A stretch of 64,000 nucleotides of DNA, from positions 64,715-128,714 of the forward strand of contig CAWELH010000004.1 in assembly GCA_963809925.1 (NCBI GenBank), in the 5' to 3' direction. The position numbers were made by a program, and so were the translations under genes. Positions 52,993-61,918 of this stretch are shown piece after piece. The notes beneath the pieces were generated by a model, which made no database searches, was not told where the DNA came from, and saw only the letters and a program-made list of their open reading frames with translations. The stretch's first letter is position 1; each line of letters opens with the position of its first letter. The DNA is from an uncultured Bacteroidales bacterium (lineage in GTDB: Bacteria > Bacteroidota > Bacteroidia > Bacteroidales > GCA-2748055).

Positions 52993-54264
52993 ATGAAAAA
53001 TCTGTTCCTTCTCTTCCTGTTTTGTTCCCCTTCTCTTTTCGCACAAACTGAATTTTATAGCTGGTTCACTGATCATACGATGCGTGTCGATTATCTCATG
53101 GCCGGTGATAAGAATGATTTTGACCTGTATCTTTACAAAACCTATCAGGAACCCCACTGGGGCGGATCAGAGACTAACCTGGCTGACACGATGAATTATG
53201 GTAATTTCAGCTTTGATGTCAGCGACAGCGTTACCAGCCGGCTACTATATTCCCGCAGCTTTAATACCCTTTTCAGGGAATGGCTCACTACCAGTGAAGC
53301 CGGTCGGGTGAAAAAAGCTTTCAAAGAGTCCCTGGTATTTCCATATCCCAAAAATACAGTCAGGCTGGATGTATACCAGAGGAATTCCAGGAAACTAAAA
53401 AAACTGAAATTCAGTGTCTACATAAATCCTTCCGATATTCTGATCGAACAACGCATACCTGTTGTGACAGAGACCGATGAAATTTACATTTCCGGTGACC
53501 CGCACCATAAAGTTGACATTGTATATTTGTCGGAAGGCTACACTACGGCCGAGAAGGACAAATTTCTCAGTGATGTAAATCGGTTTAACCGGTATATGTT
53601 TACCGTGAACCCGTATTCAGAGGAGAAAGAAAATTTTAATGTCAGGTCGGTTTTTGTGCCGTCGGAAGATTCCGGCACAGACAATCCGGGGAAGGGACAA
53701 TGGAAAAGTACGGTATTCAATTCCGGATTTTACACCTTTTACAGTGAGCGTTATCTGACAACGAACGATTTCTGGCAGGTTCGCAACATGGCTGCTGCTG
53801 TGCCCTATGATCAGATCGTCGTGCTTGTCAATTCGAAAAAATACGGAGGAGGAGGCATCTTCAATCAATACAGCTTGTTTTCAGCAGATAATGAGGCATC
53901 TGAAGTAGTTTTCGTTCATGAGTTCGGCCACGGATTTGCAGGTCTCGGCGATGAATACTATACATCCAGCGTTTCATATAATGATTTTTATGATCTTCGT
54001 TTGGAACCTCCTGAGCCGAACCTGACAACACTTGTCGACTTTGGATCCAAATGGGAAAAAATGATCACCCCTGGCACACCTATACCCACTCCGCCTGAGG
54101 AGAAGTACCGGGATTCAGTGGGGGTATTTGAAGGTGGCGGTTATATTGCGAAGGGAATGTACCGGTCGCAAAATGACTGCAGTATGAAAAGTAATACAGC
54201 AGCCGGATTTTGCAAGGTATGCCGGAAAGCTATCCGTGATATGATCCGGTTTTATTCTGAATAG
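52993..54264 (+). CDS. Peptidase M64 (IgA-peptidase-like) family protein
   Basis: Signal peptide and a zinc motif HEFGHGFAGLGDEY. Confidence 0.8.
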   Translation: MKNLFLLFLFCSPSLFAQTEFYSWFTDHTMRVDYLMAGDKNDFDLYLYKTYQEPHWGGSETNLADTMNYGNFSFDVSDSVTSRLLYSRSFNTLFREWLTTSEAGRVKKAFKESLVFPYPKNTVRLDVYQRNSRKLKKLKFSVYINPSDILIEQRIPVVTETDEIYISGDPHHKVDIVYLSEGYTTAEKDKFLSDVNRFNRYMFTVNPYSEEKENFNVRSVFVPSEDSGTDNPGKGQWKSTVFNSGFYTFYSERYLTTNDFWQVRNMAAAVPYDQIVVLVNSKKYGGGGIFNQYSLFSADNEASEVVFVHEFGHGFAGLGDEYYTSSVSYNDFYDLRLEPPEPNLTTLVDFGSKWEKMITPGTPIPTPPEEKYRDSVGVFEGGGYIAKGMYRSQNDCSMKSNTAAGFCKVCRKAIRDMIRFYSE

Positions 54265-54435
54265 ATTTGAATACGGTTCAATCTCCCTCTGTAGTACGCA
54301 TATCCTTTTTACTTCTTAAACGTAGACAGGTTTGTGTGTACCAGAGCCAGAGTTATTTTCTCTTTAATTTTTCTGTGCAATGGAAATGGAATGGCAGACA
54401 GTTTTTTTTACTAGATTTGAGACCAAAGGATAATT

Positions 54436-55011
54436 TTGCCTGTGAACCGATATTCAGTAACTGAGATAATTGATGGCCTGAGACGTCGGGACAGTCGGGT
54501 ATTACGATATATTTACAAGTCGTATTATCCGGCCATCGTGAAGCTGGTGCTGACCAACAGCGGGACAGAGGATGATGCCAAGGACATTTTTCAGGAAGCA
54601 CTTATCGTTGTTTTTAAAAATATCCGTGAGAAAGCTGATTTTAAACTCGAAAGCGGATTTCAGACCTACATTTATTCCATCGCACGGCTACTCTGGTTGA
54701 AACATCTGAGAGACAGCCGGAATCAGGATAAAAACCTGAAGGAGAACCATTCGTTTATTGAATTTGAAGAGCCCAAACCATTCAATGAAGATGATATCAG
54801 GTATGCGATCTACCAGCGGGCCTTCTTAAAAATGCCACCCGACTGCCAGAAAATCATTAGGATGTCTGTCGACGGCGTTTCCCAAAAGGTGATCGCGGAA
54901 ACCCTTGGGTTTAAAAGTGAGAACTACATCAAAAAAAGAAAGCATTTCTGTAAGGAGTATCTTATCACCAAAATCAAAGAGGATCCGGAGTTCACGACAG
55001 ATAAAGAATGA
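54436..55011 (+). CDS. Sigma-70 family (ECF-like) RNA polymerase sigma factor
   Basis: 191 aa, TTG start. Region 2 (DAKDIFQEALIVVF...YIYSIARLLWLKHLR) and a region 4 helix-turn-helix (VSQKVIAETLGFKSENYIKKRK). Confidence 0.8.
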   Translation: MPVNRYSVTEIIDGLRRRDSRVLRYIYKSYYPAIVKLVLTNSGTEDDAKDIFQEALIVVFKNIREKADFKLESGFQTYIYSIARLLWLKHLRDSRNQDKNLKENHSFIEFEEPKPFNEDDIRYAIYQRAFLKMPPDCQKIIRMSVDGVSQKVIAETLGFKSENYIKKRKHFCKEYLITKIKEDPEFTTDKE

Positions 55012-55015
55012 GAGG

Positions 55016-56569
55016 TCAGGCAGCATCCATGGTGGCATCTTTCTTATACCGGCGGTACATGTAGAAGATAACCGGGACGGGAATCAGCAAGATGCCAATA
55101 TCCAGAAGGATTCGCCAGATGCTGCTTGGGTAAACTGACTCTGAGTTTCCAATGATCACAAAGCTGGACCAGAAGAAGGGATTTGATTTCAGCATGTCGG
55201 CGCTTTTCATGAATTCCAGCTTTGATTTTCTAAGTGCCTCTGATTTGGAAAAACCCTGTCCCAGATAATAATAGAAGCGGTCCATAAGTGAAACTGTAGA
55301 CTGGTCGGCCACCTCCCAGAGAGTCATTAATATGGAGGGACAACCTGCATAGGTAAAACCGCGCGCCAGGCTCTGCATGCCCTCACCTTCCTGAAATTTC
55401 CCAATTCCGCTGCTGCAGGAGCTCAATACCGCGAGGCTGGCATTGAGCTTCATATTATATATTTCATAGGTATGCAGGAAGCCGTCGTTTGCGGTATCCG
55501 CTGTTTGGGTGAAGGCAAGTTTGGAATACAGCGGATTGTCATCGTCCAGAATGGTGTGCATGGCCAGGTGAAGGATTTTATACTCCGCAGCATGTTCCTT
55601 AAAGTTGGTCTCCGTTGCATTCATATCTTCAAACACCCGGCATTTCATTTCCTGAGAAATCTTCTTCACTTCCTGCTTCACACCAGGTATCATAAGCAGT
55701 TTTTCGCGGTCCGACTGACGAAGAAGTTCATAGCCGGGTGAATAGCTGGTCACATTGGCATAAGAAGGGGCAAAGGCAAGGATCTCTTTCACCGGCCGGG
55801 TATTATGCGGCATTTCACTGAAATGCATGGTGGAGGAATAGGAAGTACTGAATGCATGGCTATAAATAAGGTAGGGTACTGCATAGTAATTGGGATCTCC
55901 CTCCGGCATCGGACTGGTCAGAAGGGCTTCAAAAGGAACGTAGTAAATGGCGCCGTCCGGGATGATAATGATATTCTTATCCTCAACGTATGATTCTATA
56001 GGATAGAAAAGCACTTTATATAATTGGTATCCGAGTTTTGTATAGCTGTTATATGTACTTGCCGCACCATATGAAAAATTCTGTTTCGTCAGGGAATCGT
56101 AAAACTTATTACAATCAATTGAAAGTGAGCTATCTACCTTTTGTTCAAGAATTTTGAATTCCTGTTTTGAAATTATATATGTAAAGAGAATAGAATCCAT
56201 AAAAGAATATTCAACAATTATGTCCTCTTTGGAGATCGTGTTTTGGACTTTATCTAAACCAATTACTGAATTGTCATATTTAAGCTGATAATATTTTGGA
56301 TAATTCCTTTCAATAAACTTAATAAGTTCGTCATTCTTTTGTGTGTATTCAAATAATTTATTTTCCCATATTTCAATTTTGAGGTCATCTGGATTTAATT
56401 TCTGCTTCTCATTCATTATCATTTCATTATAGGCAGAAATCTTTTTGTTTATTTCTAGTTCCTTAACGGTAAGTTCGTATGGGATATCTCCATATTCCAT
56501 GGCTTTTTGGGATCTCAGACTTGACAATAGGCTAAATGCCCTCCCTTGCTCATTAATTTGAAATGCCAT
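55016..56569 (-). CDS. CHAT domain protease, intact C-terminal 517-codon ORF of a decayed TPR-CHAT gene, with C-terminal TM helix
   Basis: Caspase-like dyad contexts HLAMHT and VLSSCSSG. C-terminal IWRILLDIGILLIPVPVIFYMY helix. Confidence 0.75.
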   Translation of the reverse strand: MAFQINEQGRAFSLLSSLRSQKAMEYGDIPYELTVKELEINKKISAYNEMIMNEKQKLNPDDLKIEIWENKLFEYTQKNDELIKFIERNYPKYYQLKYDNSVIGLDKVQNTISKEDIIVEYSFMDSILFTYIISKQEFKILEQKVDSSLSIDCNKFYDSLTKQNFSYGAASTYNSYTKLGYQLYKVLFYPIESYVEDKNIIIIPDGAIYYVPFEALLTSPMPEGDPNYYAVPYLIYSHAFSTSYSSTMHFSEMPHNTRPVKEILAFAPSYANVTSYSPGYELLRQSDREKLLMIPGVKQEVKKISQEMKCRVFEDMNATETNFKEHAAEYKILHLAMHTILDDDNPLYSKLAFTQTADTANDGFLHTYEIYNMKLNASLAVLSSCSSGIGKFQEGEGMQSLARGFTYAGCPSILMTLWEVADQSTVSLMDRFYYYLGQGFSKSEALRKSKLEFMKSADMLKSNPFFWSSFVIIGNSESVYPSSIWRILLDIGILLIPVPVIFYMYRRYKKDATMDAA

Positions 56570-57838
56570 TTCTTTATACTTCTCGTCGCCGGTGCTTTTA
56601 AAAAGTTGAAGCGCAATTTGTTGCCCAATGAAATAGATCTCTTTTTCCTTTGCGCCGATTAAAAACTGACTACTTTCAGAATCAATACGAAGTCTGATCT
56701 TGTTTAAGAGTTTAATACCAAGGTTAAGCGCATCAAGACTGTTATTTAATGTATTCAGATTCCCATTTTGATTAAATACTCATAAATGAATTTTCGCTTT
56801 GAATTTTAGCTGCATGATAAGCACTATTTTCATTGATAATCTTGTCATCATTTCCGGATTGCTGGATAATGAATTATTATTAAAATTTTCTGAGGATATA
56901 ATAAGTACCTTTTGAAAATTTTCAAGGGCAGCAAAATAATTTTCCTGGAGGTAGTAGGTTTCCCCGATATAATCATAAAGCACCGCAAATGAAGGATTGC
57001 TTTTGATTAAATTCCTTCTGGTGCAATTTTTTCAGCTTGAGTAAAATAGATCAAATGCTATTTCAGGTTTTCCTAATTTTTCAGAAGAGAAAATGTCCAT
57101 ATTCTAGTAGAAATGAAATTTCAACAATGGGATTAGAGGAGAGTATTGAGTGTTATTAATTAACTATTTCATCTTTTCAAAGTAATATATTGCAAGCTTC
57201 ATATTATTCTTATAGACCATCTGTCTTAGTAAACGTTTTGATAGTACTTTGATCAGTACATAAGGATAATTTTGTGCCAACTTCCATTTTCTGCAAGCTT
57301 GACATACTTGTTTGATTCATTCATATTTCCAAAATATGCATACACTAATTCCTAAATTTCCGAACAGAAGCAACGATATTCTCATATTTCAACGTCTGGC
57401 TTTGATTTATACAGACTTAAAATTGTTTGAGGTATACTAGAGCTTTTGAATAATCGTACCTTGACATCAGCACTGCTGCTTCATTATTAATGATGAGATC
57501 CAATACTTAAATGATTTGGATCATATTTTTTTAAACAATTCTTCAGCTTTGTCATATGCGTTAAGGCCTCTTCAAATTGAAAAAGTTCTTTGTAAGCTAC
57601 CCCAAGATTACCATAAGTATTTCCAATTCGTGTATAGTCATCTGACCAATACCTTAATTTTAAGTCAAGCACATACTTTAGTTGTTGTTCAGCTTCTTCA
57701 TAACGACCTTCCTTAACCATTATACCCCTTTATTGTTTTCAACTTGAATTAATGAATCAATATTCTCTGCTCTTATGAAGTTGAGGCAAAATGATGAAAA
57801 TGAAAATTACTATAAGGAAATATTTCTTGAGATTGCAT
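56570..57838 (-). pseudogene. Degraded N-terminal signal-anchor and TPR region of the TPR-CHAT gene
   Basis: Hand translation gives TPR-like fragments in at least two frames (e.g. NPSFAVLYDYIGETYYLQENYFAALENFQKVL; GRYEEAEQQLKYVL...GNLGVAYKEL). In-frame stops lie at 56780-82 (TGA), 57032-34 (TGA) and 57104-06 (TAG), with a triple stop at 57481-89. There is also a frameshift near 57495 and a leader-like KKYFLIVIFIFIIL out of frame with ATG 57838. Confidence 0.75.
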
Positions 57839-58043
57839 GTAGTGAACTTCTAAACGATACTGTAAAAATGGAGAAAGTTTTTGGTTTATAAAAGATTTTT
57901 TTACTTTTATAACATGCAGAAAAACAACGAATTGTGTTTTTATTCATCTTTTAATTAAAAAAAAATGAAATTTCCGGGTAACGTTTGACCGTCTTGGGGA
58001 ATTAACTAATGAGAACTAAAAATTAACCCCAAAATTAAGTACA

Positions 58044-58213
58044 ATGAAAACTTTAAACTCTTTATTCAACCGGAATCACAAGTTGTCTCGATTAATGGTT
58101 TTGAAAAATTTGCCATCAACAAAAATGAGATGAATAATGTACGAGGTGGTGATGGTGTTGATGTAATTTTCGAAGATGATCCTCCGCCACCAAAAAAACC
58201 TTCCAATCCCTGA
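58044..58213 (+). pseudogene. GG-leader (bacteriocin/RiPP-type) small peptide gene, start codon out of frame by 1 nt
   Basis: The frame open over 58013-58213 reads ENFKLFIQPESQVVSINGFEKFAINKNEMNNVRGG|DGVDVIFEDDPPPPKKPSNP. The only ATG (58044) shares its G with the GAA codon of that frame. Confidence 0.5.
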
Positions 58214-58516
58214 TCCGGAAGTAGAAAATTAGTACTCCTTATTGTTATCCTAAGAAAATTAGTTGGATTCTGCCTGGTGTCGGGCATAAAAGGAGTTGAA
58301 ATATAATACTGGTTAGTGTTATATAGTTTGGCCTCGAAAGTAATTACACAGCTGCAGTGATTGTAGATATGTGTTGGAAATATCGCGGGTAATGTGTGCA
58401 AACCATTATCCAGATACGTGTCGCAGGTATATCTGTAGCTTTGTCAACATACGAAATCTTGCGTAACCGATGGGTTACCTGCATAATAAAATATTATGAA
58501 TAATTAAACACACATA

Positions 58517-59263
58517 GTGATGGACAAAAACAGGCATTTAATCTCGAAATACCTGGAGGGTGAGCTGGATTCCGGTGAAGTCGCCAGGTTTGAGGAAGCT
58601 CTGCTAGAAGATCGGGAGCTTCGTGAAGAAGTTGATCTTTACAGGGAGGTGGATGGAGCCATTGCAGACACAGAAGTGCTGGAACTACGGGCACAACTGG
58701 ATGAACTGCATGAGGAACTGACACCTCAGCTGGAAAAAAGAAAAGCTACAAAACGGGTACTCCGTTATGCAGTGGCTGCCTCGGTGGCAGTCGTTATCAG
58801 CCTTGGAACCTACAGTTTGTTCTTTAAAAAGGTTACCGATAACAAGATCGTCAGCCAGTTCTACAAACCTTATGACGTGACACTGGTAAACCGGTCTGCA
58901 AATTCGGACCTTGATGAAACGTTGAGGATTGCACTCCTGAAGTATGAAAACAAGGATTACAATGAAGCAATCAGGTTATTTCAAAAAGCACTGGAACTGA
59001 ATCCCAAGATGGTAGCTTCTCATCTCTACTCCGGAATTTCATATTTTGAGATCAAGGAATACCAGAAAGCCGATAAATCACTTTCAAGAGTGATCGAACA
59101 GAATGATAACCTGTACATTGAACAGGCGAGATGGTACCTTGGATTCTGCTACCTGAAACTGGAAGAGGCGGACAAGGCACGCGAACAGTTCGGAAAGCTG
59201 GCTGAGAACAAAGGTTACTACCAGAAGCAGGCCAGGAAAATTCTGAAGAAAATCGGAAAGTAA
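58517..59263 (+). CDS. Anti-sigma-like single-pass membrane protein with periplasmic TPR domain
   Basis: N-terminal ISKYLEGELD...FEEALLEDRELREEV region, TM helix AVAASVAVVISLGTYSLFF and C-terminal TPRs. Confidence 0.65.
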   Translation: MMDKNRHLISKYLEGELDSGEVARFEEALLEDRELREEVDLYREVDGAIADTEVLELRAQLDELHEELTPQLEKRKATKRVLRYAVAASVAVVISLGTYSLFFKKVTDNKIVSQFYKPYDVTLVNRSANSDLDETLRIALLKYENKDYNEAIRLFQKALELNPKMVASHLYSGISYFEIKEYQKADKSLSRVIEQNDNLYIEQARWYLGFCYLKLEEADKAREQFGKLAENKGYYQKQARKILKKIGK

Positions 59264-59450
59264 AAAGTGGGTAGGAATAGTCTTACCACAACATAATTGA
59301 ATATGTTGAAGTTGTTGAACAACATTTAGCTCCGGGAAAATGAGAGGAAAGCCGACATATGATGAGCTTAAAAGGTACGTTTACGAACTGGAATCCAGGA
59401 GTCCTGGATCTTGAAGAAAGCTCGGTGAGAACCAGGAAAAGACAGAAAGG

Positions 59451-60152
59451 TTGAAAAGCAGGTTTTTATCAAGTATTTCTCACGAATTGCGCACCCCGAT
59501 GAATGCCATCCTGGGTTTTTCTAATCTCATGATTGACAAAAACCTTCCGCATGACAAGAAGGAAGAGTACATGGAGCATATCAATATGAGCAGCAACAGC
59601 CTTTTGAGCCTTGTCGATAACATGATCGACGTTTCGTTACTTGAAATAGGTGAGTTGAAGGTTAAGAAGGAAAGATGTAATCTGGATATACTAATGCAGC
59701 AGGTCTATCACTACTTCAATATCGATAAGCATAAAATGGGGAAAGATCATATTGCACTCCTTTTGAACAAGCAGAAAAGTGACAACGATTTTATGATCTA
59801 CACCGATTCGTACAGACTCTCACAGGTTCTTTCAAATCTTTTACACAATGCGTTGAAATTTACGTCCAAAGGAATCGTTGAATTTGGATATTTCGTTACG
59901 GAAGACAATAAACTCCAATTCTTTGTCAAGGACAGTGGCAGAGGGATACTGGCGGACAAGGCCAGAACAGTCTTTAATAAGTTTGAAAAGATCGATGATA
60001 CCGATACTGGCAAACTGGAGGGCGGACTAGGTCTCGGCCTTACTCTCGCCAGGGGAATTATCGCCTTGCTTGGTGGTGAGATCTGGATTGAACCAAATAT
60101 TTTCAAAGGCTCAACTTTTAATTTCACCATCGAGTTACCAGGAAAATTTTGA
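59451..60152 (+). CDS. Histidine kinase core (HisKA + HATPase_c) without a sensor domain; upstream in-frame TGA
   Basis: H-box SHELRTP, N-box LLHNALKFT, G1 DSGRGI, G2 GGLGLGL. The same frame starts at ATG 59340 but is cut by TGA at 59412-59414. Confidence 0.7.
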   Translation: MKSRFLSSISHELRTPMNAILGFSNLMIDKNLPHDKKEEYMEHINMSSNSLLSLVDNMIDVSLLEIGELKVKKERCNLDILMQQVYHYFNIDKHKMGKDHIALLLNKQKSDNDFMIYTDSYRLSQVLSNLLHNALKFTSKGIVEFGYFVTEDNKLQFFVKDSGRGILADKARTVFNKFEKIDDTDTGKLEGGLGLGLTLARGIIALLGGEIWIEPNIFKGSTFNFTIELPGKF

Positions 60153-60233
60153 ATATAATGCGGAACAAAGCAAGATATTCCAGTCGCTAATGGTTTAAAT
60201 CGCCTGACAAACAGTTCTTAGATTAACAATATT

Positions 60234-60269
60234 TGCTCCTGAATTTTAAGGGGTTAGAATTCAGGAGCA
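60234..60269. other. Stem-loop 1: 12-bp perfect stem, loop TTAAGGGGTTAG
   Basis: TGCTCCTGAATT ttaaggggttag AATTCAGGAGCA. Confidence 0.85.
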
Positions 60270-60371
60270 GCATTACAAAAAAAGTCAGGCGTTCAGATTG
60301 CGTTTAACGACAGGTTAATTTTAAGTTCTCAATCGTTCTTTATTTCGTTCACTAAGGCCAAGAATCAAGAT

Positions 60372-60399
60372 AAATGATTTTAAGGGGTTAGAATCATTT
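60372..60399. other. Stem-loop 2: 8-bp stem with a different sequence, identical loop TTAAGGGGTTAG
   Basis: AAATGATT ttaaggggttag AATCATTT. Confidence 0.85.
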
Positions 60400-60435
60400 C
60401 ATCAATAATAAGTTCTCACTCAGCATTGAGTTACC

Positions 60436-60455
60436 GATTCATTCAGGTTAGAATC
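60436..60455. other. Stem-loop 3 (weaker): 5-bp stem, loop ATTCAGGTTA, shares GGTTAGAATCA with stem-loop 2
   Basis: GATTC attcaggtta GAATC. Confidence 0.5.
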
Positions 60456-60524
60456 ATGATTATTCAAACGCTCTGCGTTTGAGAAGGGCAAGTGTTCTTT
60501 TTGTATTTGTGTCTTTAACAGATC

Positions 60525-60923
60525 TCAGAAAGGCAAATCATCAAATTCCTGGTCGGGTGAGGAAAAATCTTCCTCGCCCGGTAAAGGAATATCATCACCC
60601 GGGAGTTTTACCGGGGAGCTGCCTGCATCTGACGATACGTTTTCAATCTTCCACGCTTCGAGATTGGTGAAATAACTTACATTTCCATCTTTCTCCCATT
60701 TACGGCCGCGAAGATTAAAGTGTACCTTGATTTCTGTTCCCGGTTTAAATGCGTCAAGCAAAGAGCATTTATCCTGAGTAAGTTGAAATTTGATATAATC
60801 AGTAAATTCAAAATTATTCGAGTTTTCTTTTTTCTCGATAACGAAATCTCTCTTTTTGAATTTGCTGCTGATCTCACTAACAGCGTATTTTTCGATCAGC
60901 GTTCCGGTTATTTCAAAGCTCAT
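60525..60923 (-). CDS. DUF3127-family protein with disordered acidic tail ending DDLPF (SSB-like tip)
   Basis: 132 aa. The N-terminal ~90 aa match my recollection of DUF3127 (MxFEITGTLIEK...KKRDFVIE...VSYFTNLEAWKIE). The tail reads PGDDIPLPGEEDFSSPDQEFDDLPF. Confidence 0.75.
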   Translation of the reverse strand: MSFEITGTLIEKYAVSEISSKFKKRDFVIEKKENSNNFEFTDYIKFQLTQDKCSLLDAFKPGTEIKVHFNLRGRKWEKDGNVSYFTNLEAWKIENVSSDAGSSPVKLPGDDIPLPGEEDFSSPDQEFDDLPF

Positions 60924-61113
60924 AACAAGTGTTTTAAAAGTAATTAATTTGAAATCCTTTTTTAGTTTAATATCCTTTATTGACTTTTGACAACAAGTAT
61001 CCTCGACAGAAAAAGGTTAGAGTTTCTCTAACCTTTTTCTATTTGTATTAATGTGTTTGATGTCTGAAAATCAGCGTAGGCATACAGAGTTTTTTTATAT
61101 ACCTATTTGTATA

Positions 61114-61857
61114 TTACTTAATATCAAGAAGTTCGACTTCAAAAATAAGCACTGAATTCGCCGGGATCTGCTCACCGCGTTTCCTTGAACCATAGGCTAG
61201 TTCACTCGGAATATAAAGTTCCCATTTTGAACCCACTTTCATCAATTGAAGTGCCTCTGTCCATCCAGGAATTACGCCGCCAACCTGGAATTTTGCAGGT
61301 TCGCCTCTCTCAATGGAACTGTCGAATACAGTACCGTCGATTAGTTTTCCGGTATACTGGACTACGACGGTATCGTTGGCAGCCGGTCTCCGGCCTTCAC
61401 CTTCCGTAAGTACCTTGTACTGTAGTCCTGATGCAGTGGTTTTTACACCTTCTTTACCCTTATTTTCTTCAAGGAACTTTTGACCGGTGGCCATGTTTTC
61501 TTCAGCAATCTGGCTGTCTTCAGCCTGCATTTCCTGTGATTTTTTCATAAGGTAGCTCTGAATGTGCATCCCGGTTTCTGCAGCCGGCATTACTGTTTCA
61601 TCCTGAACCAGTCCTGCTTTGACACCATTCAGAAACAAATCGTGATCAAAATCTTCCGTGATTTTCATCTGCTCGACATTCCCTTTAACGAAGCCACCCA
61701 TATCAAAGCCATAACTATAGGCAAAGGTGTCAACCTCATTGTTCATACTTGCAGATCCGGTACCACCTGTTACCGGGACAAACATTCCAAGAACATATCC
61801 AATTGCAAGAAAGACTATCCCTACAACTATGATAACGCCATTTTTTTTCATATTCAA
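61114..61857 (-). CDS. FKBP-type peptidyl-prolyl cis-trans isomerase (Mip/FkpA-like)
   Basis: N-terminal anchor and dimerisation region. C-terminal FKBP domain (GTVFDSS...VIPGWTEAL...[23 protein letters not shown]). Confidence 0.9.
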   Translation of the reverse strand: MNMKKNGVIIVVGIVFLAIGYVLGMFVPVTGGTGSASMNNEVDTFAYSYGFDMGGFVKGNVEQMKITEDFDHDLFLNGVKAGLVQDETVMPAAETGMHIQSYLMKKSQEMQAEDSQIAEENMATGQKFLEENKGKEGVKTTASGLQYKVLTEGEGRRPAANDTVVVQYTGKLIDGTVFDSSIERGEPAKFQVGGVIPGWTEALQLMKVGSKWELYIPSELAYGSRKRGEQIPANSVLIFEVELLDIK

Positions 61858-61918
61858 ATTTTTTAATTTATTAAGTTGAGCGAAGTTACTACAAATAATT
61901 TAATGCGAAAAAGAATTT

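Noticed and set aside
58066-58401. 111-aa minus-strand ORF.
   Set aside because: It is antisense to the GG-leader peptide frame, low-complexity (GGGGSSS, PSPP) and lies in an AT-rich non-coding stretch. It resembles no family I recognise.
56780-59414. Stop-codon reassignment (TGA read as Trp or Gly, genetic code 4 or 25) to explain the in-frame TGAs in the TPR-CHAT and kinase genes.
   Set aside because: TGA terminates well-conserved genes here at their expected ends (for example recA and the GH gene at 1035-1037). In-frame TAA and TAG plus frameshifts occur in the same decayed region.
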